A program made the translations under genes and the position numbers. From the NCBI GenBank assembly GCA_003601605.1, contig PIXZ01000001.1, forward strand, positions 1-58,604: 58,604 nucleotides of DNA, read 5' to 3'. This DNA is from Candidatus Bathyarchaeota archaeon. GTDB lineage: Archaea; Thermoproteota; Bathyarchaeia; Bathyarchaeales; Bathycorpusculaceae. The stretch's first letter is position 1; each line of letters begins with the position of its first letter. This document shows, one piece after another, positions 18,001-25,520 of the stretch. Below the pieces are notes generated by a model. That model was not told the origin of the DNA and did no database searches. It worked only from the letters and a program-made list of their open reading frames with translations.

Positions 18001-18859
18001 TGCCACCCCAAATTTCCTCTAAATAATATTTGTAGGTAGGCGAATAGTATCTTGGCTGAACATTGAAAATCATTGGTAAAAACAGAAAAGCAGCCAAGAA
18101 GAAGCTGATGAGAGCCAAGGGTAATGCCGTTTTTAGCAGATTTTCAACCTGTTTTAGTTTGCTTGAAGTGTTTTTGTTCATAAGCACGTATGTTAGTGCA
18201 AAAATAATAAAGGAAGTGCCGTAAATTACAACGCATTCTGGATGAAAAGCAGAAACAAAAATAGCTAAAACCAAGCCAGTAACCAAGATTTCTTTGGTTT
18301 TTTTTGTTTCAAAAACTTTGAAAATCAAAAGAAAGAGTATTGGTGCAATTGCATAGCTGAAAAGTATATCGCCATGAGCCTCGGTGTATTGGGAAAAAAG
18401 CCACGGATTTAAAACGTAAATAAGAGATGCAGCAAGCGAACTTGTGGGGTTTTTTGTGTACCAGTAAACTAAAGCATAGCTCGTAAAGCCTGAAAAAATG
18501 AAAGTAAAAAATAGAAAATATTTAGCTGTAGCTATGGCGTTTCCTGTAAACCAGTGAAGAATCATAAGGAAAAAGTCATACCCATGGATTACTTCCACAA
18601 AACCGAAGGAGTGGGGTCGCCATACGTAAAGCCATCTTAAATCTTTGCCGAAAATGTAAGCCCTAGAAACAAGTCCAAGGGCATCGCCTCCCGCTGGCCA
18701 CTTATTTGTAAAAAGGAAGTTGCGAAATATTATAATACCTATTAAAGTGATTAGACAGAAATCTAGCAGTATTCTAATTTTTAGCCAGCTTATGTTTCCA
18801 AAGTTTGCTTTAAACTTTTGACAAAAAGTTTTTAGAAATTTTTTCAAGGTTTCATCCAC
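15074..18859 (-). CDS. Polytopic GT-C-like membrane protein with extracytoplasmic F5/8 type C (discoidin) domain
   Basis: 1261 aa. The first 480 aa or so are multi-TM. The discoidin-like segment NVLDGSLETRWASNPAQETPQWLEIEWP...FTIQTWNGTHWV is encoded at about 15880-16110. There is a single C-terminal TM. No WWDYG motif, so it is not a canonical AglB. Confidence 0.8.
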   Translation of the reverse strand: MDETLKKFLKTFCQKFKANFGNISWLKIRILLDFCLITLIGIIIFRNFLFTNKWPAGGDALGLVSRAYIFGKDLRWLYVWRPHSFGFVEVIHGYDFFLMILHWFTGNAIATAKYFLFFTFIFSGFTSYALVYWYTKNPTSSLAASLIYVLNPWLFSQYTEAHGDILFSYAIAPILFLLIFKVFETKKTKEILVTGLVLAIFVSAFHPECVVIYGTSFIIFALTYVLMNKNTSSKLKQVENLLKTALPLALISFFLAAFLFLPMIFNVQPRYYSPTYKYYLEEIWGGTYKNLTDAFALGAVEVWGYVNIVDVVTGIDLSDVPAKTISIVIFFLAYCTVFLRKDKYTVFFVTASVVSMFVSKGPYPPFGELFVWGWLNIPYFAVFRAASRWIMMSCLSHAFLIGSLVNILTLYIRKKRYLEIKEVFSNFSVKIAWYLKAKKLATPFKIIGNFFFNFHKALHYLSVCLIILIFLNGFFSTWYFLREGLQVYSPLENYVQPYEWLSLQEGDFKVVSINRGPARWMGVSSSSFDFGYSAMLTEIGWGHDIGFESSFIHDKPVMQDGGWDSNAHSFTDYLRFRLAGQRKTSDFLKIVGLFNYKYIVLPAYLDSDIKSFFLNQTGATCNIVYNENESLIIENPYHVPPFFGTSKYANVLGGYNTFGYLCRIKSFVLNETSLFFINQLDDEFFKKLQINATALVLVNSNILDLVMLQLRGKAIILNAADFGVYSYNASEYWVQTSSWNEIGALVYGGKTLTTYGNVTESIPFEITKDATYDIWVRIGFLSNRGNLTISVDGNLAGEIKPEADYWCALSWVKIQNLHLEEGRHVITLKNNGPGFNDVDAVAVVEPSVFQTTYNEILQSIESFQGRIVDIIGAANLFAYNLTEGWAIHLQEYENDLLKAENALEVIKENATVSASSTQDNFIPQNVLDGSLETRWASNPAQETPQWLEIEWPTPQELAGVKIFFETAVAKDFTIQTWNGTHWVTQINITGNSLLSPVYMFKKPVETDKLLLTVNSYGTEHHLVSIFELEPCKLSSITTSHFIPKTGKYMLALRLARGPGYGTLNLRVANNSLLFNCSGVEENFQWYEAGPIFLEKGEQKFTIAAYGKILFDQIILYSLKEDESIVSVQNIFNSNVDSPIIHYEKLNPTCYKLHVKTEKPFFLVFSETYHPLWKARLENGQEISSTIAFSFVNSFYVNKTGEFNIDVYFAGQWYADVGLKISLASLIFIVVAVLTPRNISKRIKSRLAFWKVKAWLLRAGRK

Positions 18860-19689
18860 CCAGTCAAATTTCTCAAAGAGAAAAGAGAGGTTAAGAAACC
18901 CGCTATGTATGCTGCGTACTCGATTAATTTTAAGCTAAGTAACTCGACAAAAAGCAGTGGTTGCTTTTTGAAAAAAGACAAATTTCTTACAAAATATGCT
19001 GGTGAAGAAGTTTTTAATGTTAGAATAGGTTCCTTTTTAAAGTAGAATGGCAGTGTGCTACCATAATAATAAAGTTTTGCTATCAGCTTTTTAATTGTGA
19101 GGTCTTCTTCGTGATGTTTTATAGAAGCTTTACATTTTCCAATGTCAAATCCGTGTTTACGGAGACGTTGCGTTAACTCAAAATCTTCACCGATAACCAG
19201 ATTTTTATCGTATCCACCGACATCATCAAAAACCTTTTTCTTGAAAAACCGTGGAGCTTCACCATAAACCTCACGCATATGCATTGTTTTTTCCAACTTT
19301 TTACATCTGGCAATGAAACTTTCCCCAACGGATTTTTCTGGAATAATTACTGCATCGAACTTATTGAAGTAGGACAGTTTCACACATTCTGCTACAACAT
19401 TAGGAGTTAACTCCATATCTGAATCAACAAATAAAACAAATTTTCCTTTAGCTTTTTTAGCTCCAAAATTTCTAGCAAGACTTCTTTCACTAGCTGAAAA
19501 AAATAGTTTAGCCCCGAATTTTTTCGCAATTCTTTTAGTATCGTCTTTGCTGAAGGCGTCCACTATTATAATTTCTATGTTTTTATAGCTTTGATTTAGA
19601 ATGGATTTAAGACACAACTCTAAACTTTTACCAGAATTGAAAGTGGGTATTATTATAGAAACTAAAGGAAAAGGGCTATCACATTTCAT
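18844..19689 (-). CDS. GT2 glycosyltransferase
   Basis: PLVSIIIPTFNSGKSL...IIVDAFSKDDT...FVDSDME. It overlaps the downstream GT-C-like gene by 16 nt. Confidence 0.85.
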   Translation of the reverse strand: MKCDSPFPLVSIIIPTFNSGKSLELCLKSILNQSYKNIEIIIVDAFSKDDTKRIAKKFGAKLFFSASERSLARNFGAKKAKGKFVLFVDSDMELTPNVVAECVKLSYFNKFDAVIIPEKSVGESFIARCKKLEKTMHMREVYGEAPRFFKKKVFDDVGGYDKNLVIGEDFELTQRLRKHGFDIGKCKASIKHHEEDLTIKKLIAKLYYYGSTLPFYFKKEPILTLKTSSPAYFVRNLSFFKKQPLLFVELLSLKLIEYAAYIAGFLTSLFSLRNLTGWMKP

Positions 19690-19694
19690 CGCAT

Positions 19695-20531
19695 CTACCT
19701 CAGAAAAATTGTGTGACTTAAGACATATGCGAAAACGCCAATTGCATAAGAAACATATTCAAGTAGTTTAATGACTAAAATGCCGAATAGATAGGCGGGC
19801 TGTTTCAGCAAGAATTTTATATTTCGAACAAACCTTGTTGGAGAATATCCTCTTAATGTTAGTGTAGGATTTTTAAAAAAGAAGGGAACAAAACTCTTGC
19901 CATAGTAATAAGCTTTTAAAATAACTTTTGTTAAGGCAAGTTTTCCTTCAATATGCTTTATTGGCAGAGTTGCCACTCCTATGTGGTAACCCCTTTTCTC
20001 GTATCGCCTAGCTAAGTCAAAATCTTCTCCTAAAACAAGTCTTTCATCAAATCCTTGCACATTAAGGAAGGTTTTTTTGTTGAAAAAGCGTGGCATCAAA
20101 AAAAAGTTTGAATCATTATTGTAGAAGTCTCTTTCATGCTTTCTACATCTAGCCCAGAACCCGTAAGCTATAGTTGTTTCCGGAATCATTACTGCATCAA
20201 AATTTTTTTCGTTGCATAAAACAATGCATTCTTCGACAGTTTTTGGATGTAATTCCATGTCTGAATCCATGAATAAAAGGAATTTTCCGCTGGATTTCTT
20301 GGCGCCGAAATTCTTAGCTAAGCTTCTTTCGCTGTTTAGGCGCAGTATTTTAACATTAAATTGTTTGGCTATTTGAATTGTTTTGTCAGAACTGTAACGG
20401 TCAACGATTATGGTTTCGATTTTCTTGTAGGTTTGATCAGCAATGGACTGTAAGCATCGTTGAATTGTCTGTTGCGAATTATATACGGGAATTATTATTG
20501 AAACCAGTGGTTCAGCGTTACGATTTTTCAC
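19695..20531 (-). CDS. GT2 glycosyltransferase (tandem paralog of 18844-19689)
   Basis: PLVSIIIPVYNSQQTI...IIVDRYSSDKT...FMDSDME. It is collinear with its neighbour over the full length. GTG start preceded by GAGGAGG. Confidence 0.85.
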   Translation of the reverse strand: MKNRNAEPLVSIIIPVYNSQQTIQRCLQSIADQTYKKIETIIVDRYSSDKTIQIAKQFNVKILRLNSERSLAKNFGAKKSSGKFLLFMDSDMELHPKTVEECIVLCNEKNFDAVMIPETTIAYGFWARCRKHERDFYNNDSNFFLMPRFFNKKTFLNVQGFDERLVLGEDFDLARRYEKRGYHIGVATLPIKHIEGKLALTKVILKAYYYGKSFVPFFFKNPTLTLRGYSPTRFVRNIKFLLKQPAYLFGILVIKLLEYVSYAIGVFAYVLSHTIFLR

Positions 20532-20597
20532 TTAAGCCTCCTCGTTAACGTGTGCAGAGGCTTTGTTTATGAATTTTCCTTCAAAAATTAAACAATA

Positions 20598-20610
20598 TTC
20601 AGAATCGGAT
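20598..20610. promoter_or_regulatory. Palindromic motif copy d: TTCAGAATCGGAT (12/13 match)
   Basis: Intergenic, 67-79 nt upstream of the GT2 operon start at 20531. An AT-rich box follows on the minus strand. Confidence 0.35.
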
Positions 20611-20622
20611 TAGAAATAGAGA

Positions 20623-20877
20623 TTATTTTCTAAAAAATCTGGATTTCCTAGGGGCTTCACCCTTTTCACTAATGGCATACACTTCATGCAATTCAAACTT
20701 AGCTCCGCATCCTTTGCATTGAACATAGGCGTTATCACGTTTAAAACCAAGCCAAAATCCTGAAACAGATTTACATTTAGGGCAGATTTTAAAACGAGCT
20801 GCGACCTCTTCAATCTCTCGAATACCCAAACCTTCCCTTTCTCCACAAATATTTACTTCAACCAGAAATTTAATCAT
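20623..20877 (-). CDS. Small zinc-ribbon protein
   Basis: CPKC...CKGC. The internal Met (MIKFLVEV) is the preferred start, because the 20922 start would leave only 8 nt to the divergent gene. Confidence 0.5.
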   Translation of the reverse strand: MIKFLVEVNICGEREGLGIREIEEVAARFKICPKCKSVSGFWLGFKRDNAYVQCKGCGAKFELHEVYAISEKGEAPRKSRFFRK

Positions 20878-20930
20878 TTTGGTGTACCAAACAGAAATGA
20901 AAAGCAAACGGTTATTAGCCATAAAACATC

Positions 20931-21584
20931 ATGGTCAATGAGATAGAAATGAAAGTGCAAAGTTTCGTTGTAGGCGCATTATTCACGAACTGTTACGTTA
21001 TAACTTGCGAAGAAACAAGAGAAGCCATTATTGTTGACCCTGGTTTTGATGATGAGAGAGAGGCAGGAAAAATTTTCAAAGTTATTGAAGAAAACTCATT
21101 GAAATTGAAGTACATTGTGAATACTCATGGACATCCAGACCACACGTGCGGAAATGGAATTGTTAAGGAGAAATTTGACGTGCCAATCTTGATTCATGAA
21201 TTTGATGCGTACATGCTTGGAGAAACGAGTAGAGGAATTGCTGGTTTTTTTAGTTTCAAAAATTTTTCTCCAAAGGCTGACGTGTTATTGCATGACGGAG
21301 ATACCATTAAGTTTGGAAAGTCGGTTCTAAAGGTTATGCACACGCCGGGCCACAGTCGAGGAAGCATATCACTTATAGGTGAAAAAGAAGTATTTAGTGG
21401 AGACACTTTGTTTATGGGCTCTATTGGAAGAGTGGATTTTCCAGAAAGTTCTGAAAAAGAAATGCGACAGTCTTTAAAAAAATTGGCGTACTTGCCAGAC
21501 CATTTTGTTGTTTATCCAGGACATGGCCCATCAACAACTATGGGAGAAGAGAAATGCAGTAATCCATTTCTAATTGAGTTATAG
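20931..21584 (+). CDS. MBL-fold metallo-hydrolase (glyoxalase II-like)
   Basis: NTHGHPDH motif plus a downstream HTPGHS and a GD...PGHG pattern. Confidence 0.85.
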   Translation: MVNEIEMKVQSFVVGALFTNCYVITCEETREAIIVDPGFDDEREAGKIFKVIEENSLKLKYIVNTHGHPDHTCGNGIVKEKFDVPILIHEFDAYMLGETSRGIAGFFSFKNFSPKADVLLHDGDTIKFGKSVLKVMHTPGHSRGSISLIGEKEVFSGDTLFMGSIGRVDFPESSEKEMRQSLKKLAYLPDHFVVYPGHGPSTTMGEEKCSNPFLIEL

Positions 21585-22352
21585 CGCGTCTCTAAACAGG
21601 TCTTCTTCTCTTGAAATTTGAAGATCGTTTATACTGTGTTTTTCACAGAATTCTACGATGTTGTTTAATCCTTTAAAAATCACTACAGGAGTTGCTTCCT
21701 TACCCTGTCCCATCAGAATTTCCGCGGCAGCAGCTATTTCGTCAACAATTGCAACATTTTTAACTTTAAGGATTTTTCCGAAAAGGTCTTCTTTTCCTCT
21801 GTAATCTTTGAAAGGATTTATTCCCGCAAAGCCTATGGCAAAATTTACTTGACCACGCCTAAAAGGACGGCTGTAGGTATCACATACTATTACTGCAACG
21901 TTTTTGCCTGTTAACTTCTTTATTTTTACGCGGCATTCTTCTGCAGATTTGTCGGGATTTTCTGGCAGTAGTGCAAAGTTGCCTTCGCCTTCAACATTGG
22001 ATTTGTCTATCCCAGCATTTATACAGATTAAACCACGCTTATCTTTAACCAACAATATTTCAGGGGAAGCCTTTACGATTTTTTCTGTTTCTTTCAAAAC
22101 CAACTCTACAAACTTTGGGCTTTTTCCAGTTTTTTCTGCGATTTCATAGACTTCTTCTGAAGGAATTATGTCTCTTAGCTTCACTACACGTTTTTCGGCT
22201 TTGGAGAATATTTTTTGAGCTATAACAACAATGTCTCCTTCCTCGATTTTTACGCCATTTTTCGTGGCTATATCCACAATTAGTTGGGCTATGTCATCTC
22301 CCGATTTTACTAATGGAAAATTATCAAGGGCTATGGCTGTGAAAGTCTTCAA
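21579..22352 (-). CDS. cofE: Coenzyme F420-0:L-glutamate ligase
   Basis: About 257 aa. GDIVVIAQKIFSKAEKR, CINAGIDKSN and VIVCDTYSRPFRRGQVNFAIG are typical of CofE. Confidence 0.8.
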   Translation of the reverse strand: MKTFTAIALDNFPLVKSGDDIAQLIVDIATKNGVKIEEGDIVVIAQKIFSKAEKRVVKLRDIIPSEEVYEIAEKTGKSPKFVELVLKETEKIVKASPEILLVKDKRGLICINAGIDKSNVEGEGNFALLPENPDKSAEECRVKIKKLTGKNVAVIVCDTYSRPFRRGQVNFAIGFAGINPFKDYRGKEDLFGKILKVKNVAIVDEIAAAAEILMGQGKEATPVVIFKGLNNIVEFCEKHSINDLQISREEDLFRDAL

Positions 22353-22519
22353 AGTTTTTCCTCCTTATGCTTTTTAGGTTGTGTTTTCGCTTGGTTAAAT
22401 CTCTTGCTAAAAAACCGTCTTATGGGATTGTTTTCAATTTCATATTTTGAATTCATAACTTTTAAACTAGCATAGGTCGAGGGATACTGTAAGTTTAAAT
22501 TACAAATGGATGTATACCT

Positions 22520-25471
22520 ATGAAAAGACAATTAATAGTATTGAGTATCTTGTTAATTTTAACTTTTAGCATTTTCAAAATTGCAAATGTTACACTTCTC
22601 CCTTCGGTAAAGGCAACTTACGTAGAAGGAGAAATAAACCAAGACACTGTCTGGACGCTTGTTGACCACCCCTTCGTTCTATCCAATAACGTCACTGTTT
22701 TGCCAGATGTCACGTTGACAATAGAGCCTGGTGTAGAAGTTAGATTTGGGGGAAAATTTTCTTTAATAGTGGAGGGAATATTAGTTGCTAATGGCACTGG
22801 TGATAGGGTTATTAGGTTTACGTCAAACAAGAAAGAACCAGAACCAGGAGACTGGAGAGCCATCATATTTTCTAATGACAACCCAGCCCAACAATCTACA
22901 CTGAAAAAGTGTGTTTTGGAATACGGAGAAAACGGGATAGTATTAGAAAGGGGAACCTTAAAAATTGGAGAGTGCTTCGTGCAGCATAATTCGGTGAACG
23001 GCATACAGATATCAGGCGGCACCATAGAAGTTAAAAACAATACTATATTAAACAACCAAAATGGTATAGAAATATTTGGCGGCAACCAGATCACTATACA
23101 AAACAACAACATAACTTTAAATGAAAACGGTATAAGCCTAGAAGGAAGTTTAACAGGAACAACACTAAGTATACAGCAAAATAGCATTTCACAAAACAGT
23201 AATGCAGGGATACTTTTTGAACCAGAAGAATACAGCGATATAAAAATTAAAGATAACCAAATTTTGCAGAACAATTATGGTTTCTATATTTCAACAAACA
23301 CGAGCACTGTCATAACCAAGAACTACATAGTAAACAACACTGTTGGAATCTACTACGCAAGCGGAGAAAACCATGAGGCCCATTTCAATGACATTTACGA
23401 TAACGATATGGGCATGGACGTATGGGGCAGTGCTGCCGTTAATGCTACGTATAATTATTGGGGAGACAGAAGTGGACCGTATCATCCATCTCTAAATCCT
23501 AAAGGAAAAGGAAATCCAGTTGGAGGAGATGGAGTGAATCTTGATTTTATATTCTTTTTAACAAAACCCATAGACTATAGTAATATTGCTCCAACAGCAG
23601 TGCTTTGGACAGACCTGGTATTAGCTGCACCAAACCAAACAATTACGTTCGTAGGGACAGATTCCTACGATGACGGACAAGTGAACCAGTACTTCTTCGA
23701 TTTTGGCGATGGAAATGTAACTGGCTGGATAACATTGTCGCTTTTCATGCACAAGTATAACAACACAGGAACTTACATAGCAACATTAAAGGTAAAGGAC
23801 GATTTTGGAAATGAAAGCGAAATAGCCTCGACAACAATAATTGTGCAGGACCTTACGCCGTTAAATGTGCAAATAAGTTTGGACAAATATACTGCAGAGT
23901 TCAACCAAAATATCGCAGTCACGGTTTACGTAACAAATGGCACCGCTCCTGTAGGAAATGCAAATGTCAAGTTGTATTCTATAAAAGGCGGAGTTTTCTC
24001 GCCTTTCACAGGTCTAACGAATTCTACGGGATATTTCACAACAACTTTCACAACTCCAAATGTGACAGAAGTAACCGATGTAAGGCTTATTGCAAGAGCA
24101 TTTAAAGATGGTTACGCAGACGGTTCTGACCACGCATATGTGACCGTTCTTCCACCAATGATGGTTGACATGTCCACTGAACCCGCAACGATTAAGTCGG
24201 AAGAGACAGCCACCTTAACGGTTCATGTAACAGAGTTTTCTGGAGAACCAATTTTAGACGCAATAATTTCAATAGAATGTGATAATGGCGTTGTTTCGCC
24301 GTTGACTAGTGTAACAGACATCAACGGAACTGCGACGTTTAACTTCACTGCTCCTCAAACAACTGTTGAGATAAATGTCGCTGTAACTGTTACAGCCACA
24401 AAATCAGGATTTGCAGAAAGCTACGGCTCTTTCATGATTACGATAAAACCTAAAATACTTCAAGTAGAAGTTATTGCCAGTCCTCAAACTATATTCTCAG
24501 AGGCTAACTCCACAGTAATAACTCGCGTAACCTATGATGACATTCCAATCGTAAACGCAACTATTCTTATGGCATCGGATAATGGAGGAAACTTCTCAAC
24601 GCAAACAGCGAATACAAATTTGGAAGGCGAGATTACTGTTGTCTTTACTGCACCACAGACTGTGGCAGAAGACGGATTGAACGTTTCGATAACAGCCACT
24701 GCAATTAAGGAAGGCTACGCTAACGGAGTTGGACAGACAACGATATGGGTGAAGCCAAGAATACTCACTCTCGAAATAACTGCCGTATCCAACACCACCT
24801 TATCTAATGCGGAGCTGGAATTAACCGTTAATGTGAAACATGAAACTTATCCAGTAGAGGGAGCAAATGTTACCATAACAAGCGAAGGCACTGATGTTGC
24901 AATTTCAGAAATAACAGATGCCTATGGAAACGCGACACTTATGTATATAGCACCAGCTGTTAACGAGCAGACCAACATAACGATCGTCGCTTCAGCCACA
25001 AAAGAAGGTTATATTGGAAGCACAAGCCAGTTGAACATAACGGTTAACCCGAGAACCTTTGAAATTCAAATATTAATATCTGCAGTGAGGTCTGGAGAAC
25101 CAGCTACAGTTGAAGTGCTTGTAACATGTAAAGATGATGGAAGCAAGGTAAGCGACGCCCTAGTGACCCTATACTCGACAGCTGGAAGTTTCCAAGAAAA
25201 CACAGCAACAACTAATGAAGAGGGCTATTGCTCCTTCATTTTCAATGCGCCTCAAACAGCAAACGAATTGCTCGTTAACATCACCGCAAACGTAACCAGA
25301 GAAGGCTACGTGGAAGGAACAAACCAAATAACAGTGCTTATAGAGCCGAAGCCGTGGGAGTGGCCATGGACTCTTACATTGGCTATTCTTATTCCAATAA
25401 TTATAATTGCGATAGTTGTTGTCCTCATTAAATTGAAGATTATTACAGTTTCAACGGAAGAAGAAACGTAA
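22520..25471 (+). CDS. Cell-surface protein: Sec signal, right-handed beta-helix (NosD/PbH1-like), PKD-like domain, five Ig-like repeats, C-terminal TM anchor
   Basis: NNxI(T/S)xNxNGI-type parallel beta-helix repeats at about 22620-23560. FDFGDGN...GTYIATLKVKDDFGN (PKD) at about 23590-23851. Five repeats of about 100 aa follow, then the anchor LAILIPIIIIAIVVVLI. Confidence 0.85.
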   Translation: MKRQLIVLSILLILTFSIFKIANVTLLPSVKATYVEGEINQDTVWTLVDHPFVLSNNVTVLPDVTLTIEPGVEVRFGGKFSLIVEGILVANGTGDRVIRFTSNKKEPEPGDWRAIIFSNDNPAQQSTLKKCVLEYGENGIVLERGTLKIGECFVQHNSVNGIQISGGTIEVKNNTILNNQNGIEIFGGNQITIQNNNITLNENGISLEGSLTGTTLSIQQNSISQNSNAGILFEPEEYSDIKIKDNQILQNNYGFYISTNTSTVITKNYIVNNTVGIYYASGENHEAHFNDIYDNDMGMDVWGSAAVNATYNYWGDRSGPYHPSLNPKGKGNPVGGDGVNLDFIFFLTKPIDYSNIAPTAVLWTDLVLAAPNQTITFVGTDSYDDGQVNQYFFDFGDGNVTGWITLSLFMHKYNNTGTYIATLKVKDDFGNESEIASTTIIVQDLTPLNVQISLDKYTAEFNQNIAVTVYVTNGTAPVGNANVKLYSIKGGVFSPFTGLTNSTGYFTTTFTTPNVTEVTDVRLIARAFKDGYADGSDHAYVTVLPPMMVDMSTEPATIKSEETATLTVHVTEFSGEPILDAIISIECDNGVVSPLTSVTDINGTATFNFTAPQTTVEINVAVTVTATKSGFAESYGSFMITIKPKILQVEVIASPQTIFSEANSTVITRVTYDDIPIVNATILMASDNGGNFSTQTANTNLEGEITVVFTAPQTVAEDGLNVSITATAIKEGYANGVGQTTIWVKPRILTLEITAVSNTTLSNAELELTVNVKHETYPVEGANVTITSEGTDVAISEITDAYGNATLMYIAPAVNEQTNITIVASATKEGYIGSTSQLNITVNPRTFEIQILISAVRSGEPATVEVLVTCKDDGSKVSDALVTLYSTAGSFQENTATTNEEGYCSFIFNAPQTANELLVNITANVTREGYVEGTNQITVLIEPKPWEWPWTLTLAILIPIIIIAIVVVLIKLKIITVSTEEET
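23852..25355 (+). repeat. Five tandem Ig-like repeats of about 100 aa (protein level) within the surface protein
   Basis: Recurrent pattern ...G(T/Y)(A/C/F)TF.FTAPQT....(V/I)T(A/V)TA.K.GY..G......(V/I).P in five consecutive units. The DNA copies have diverged. Confidence 0.7.
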
Positions 25472-25520
25472 TGTTTCGTGAGACGCAATATTTAATAGAC
25501 CGTACATATCATATAAATGG

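Noticed and set aside
15074-18859. Considered calling the 1261-aa membrane protein the oligosaccharyltransferase AglB/STT3
   Set aside because: I could find no WWDYG (WWDxG) motif or DK/MI-type motif in the translation. It is kept as a generic GT-C-like candidate instead.
22618-23274. 218-aa ORF on the minus strand
   Set aside because: It is antisense to the beta-helix region of the surface protein. The repetitive AT-rich codons keep the mirror frame open by chance, and there is no independent start context.
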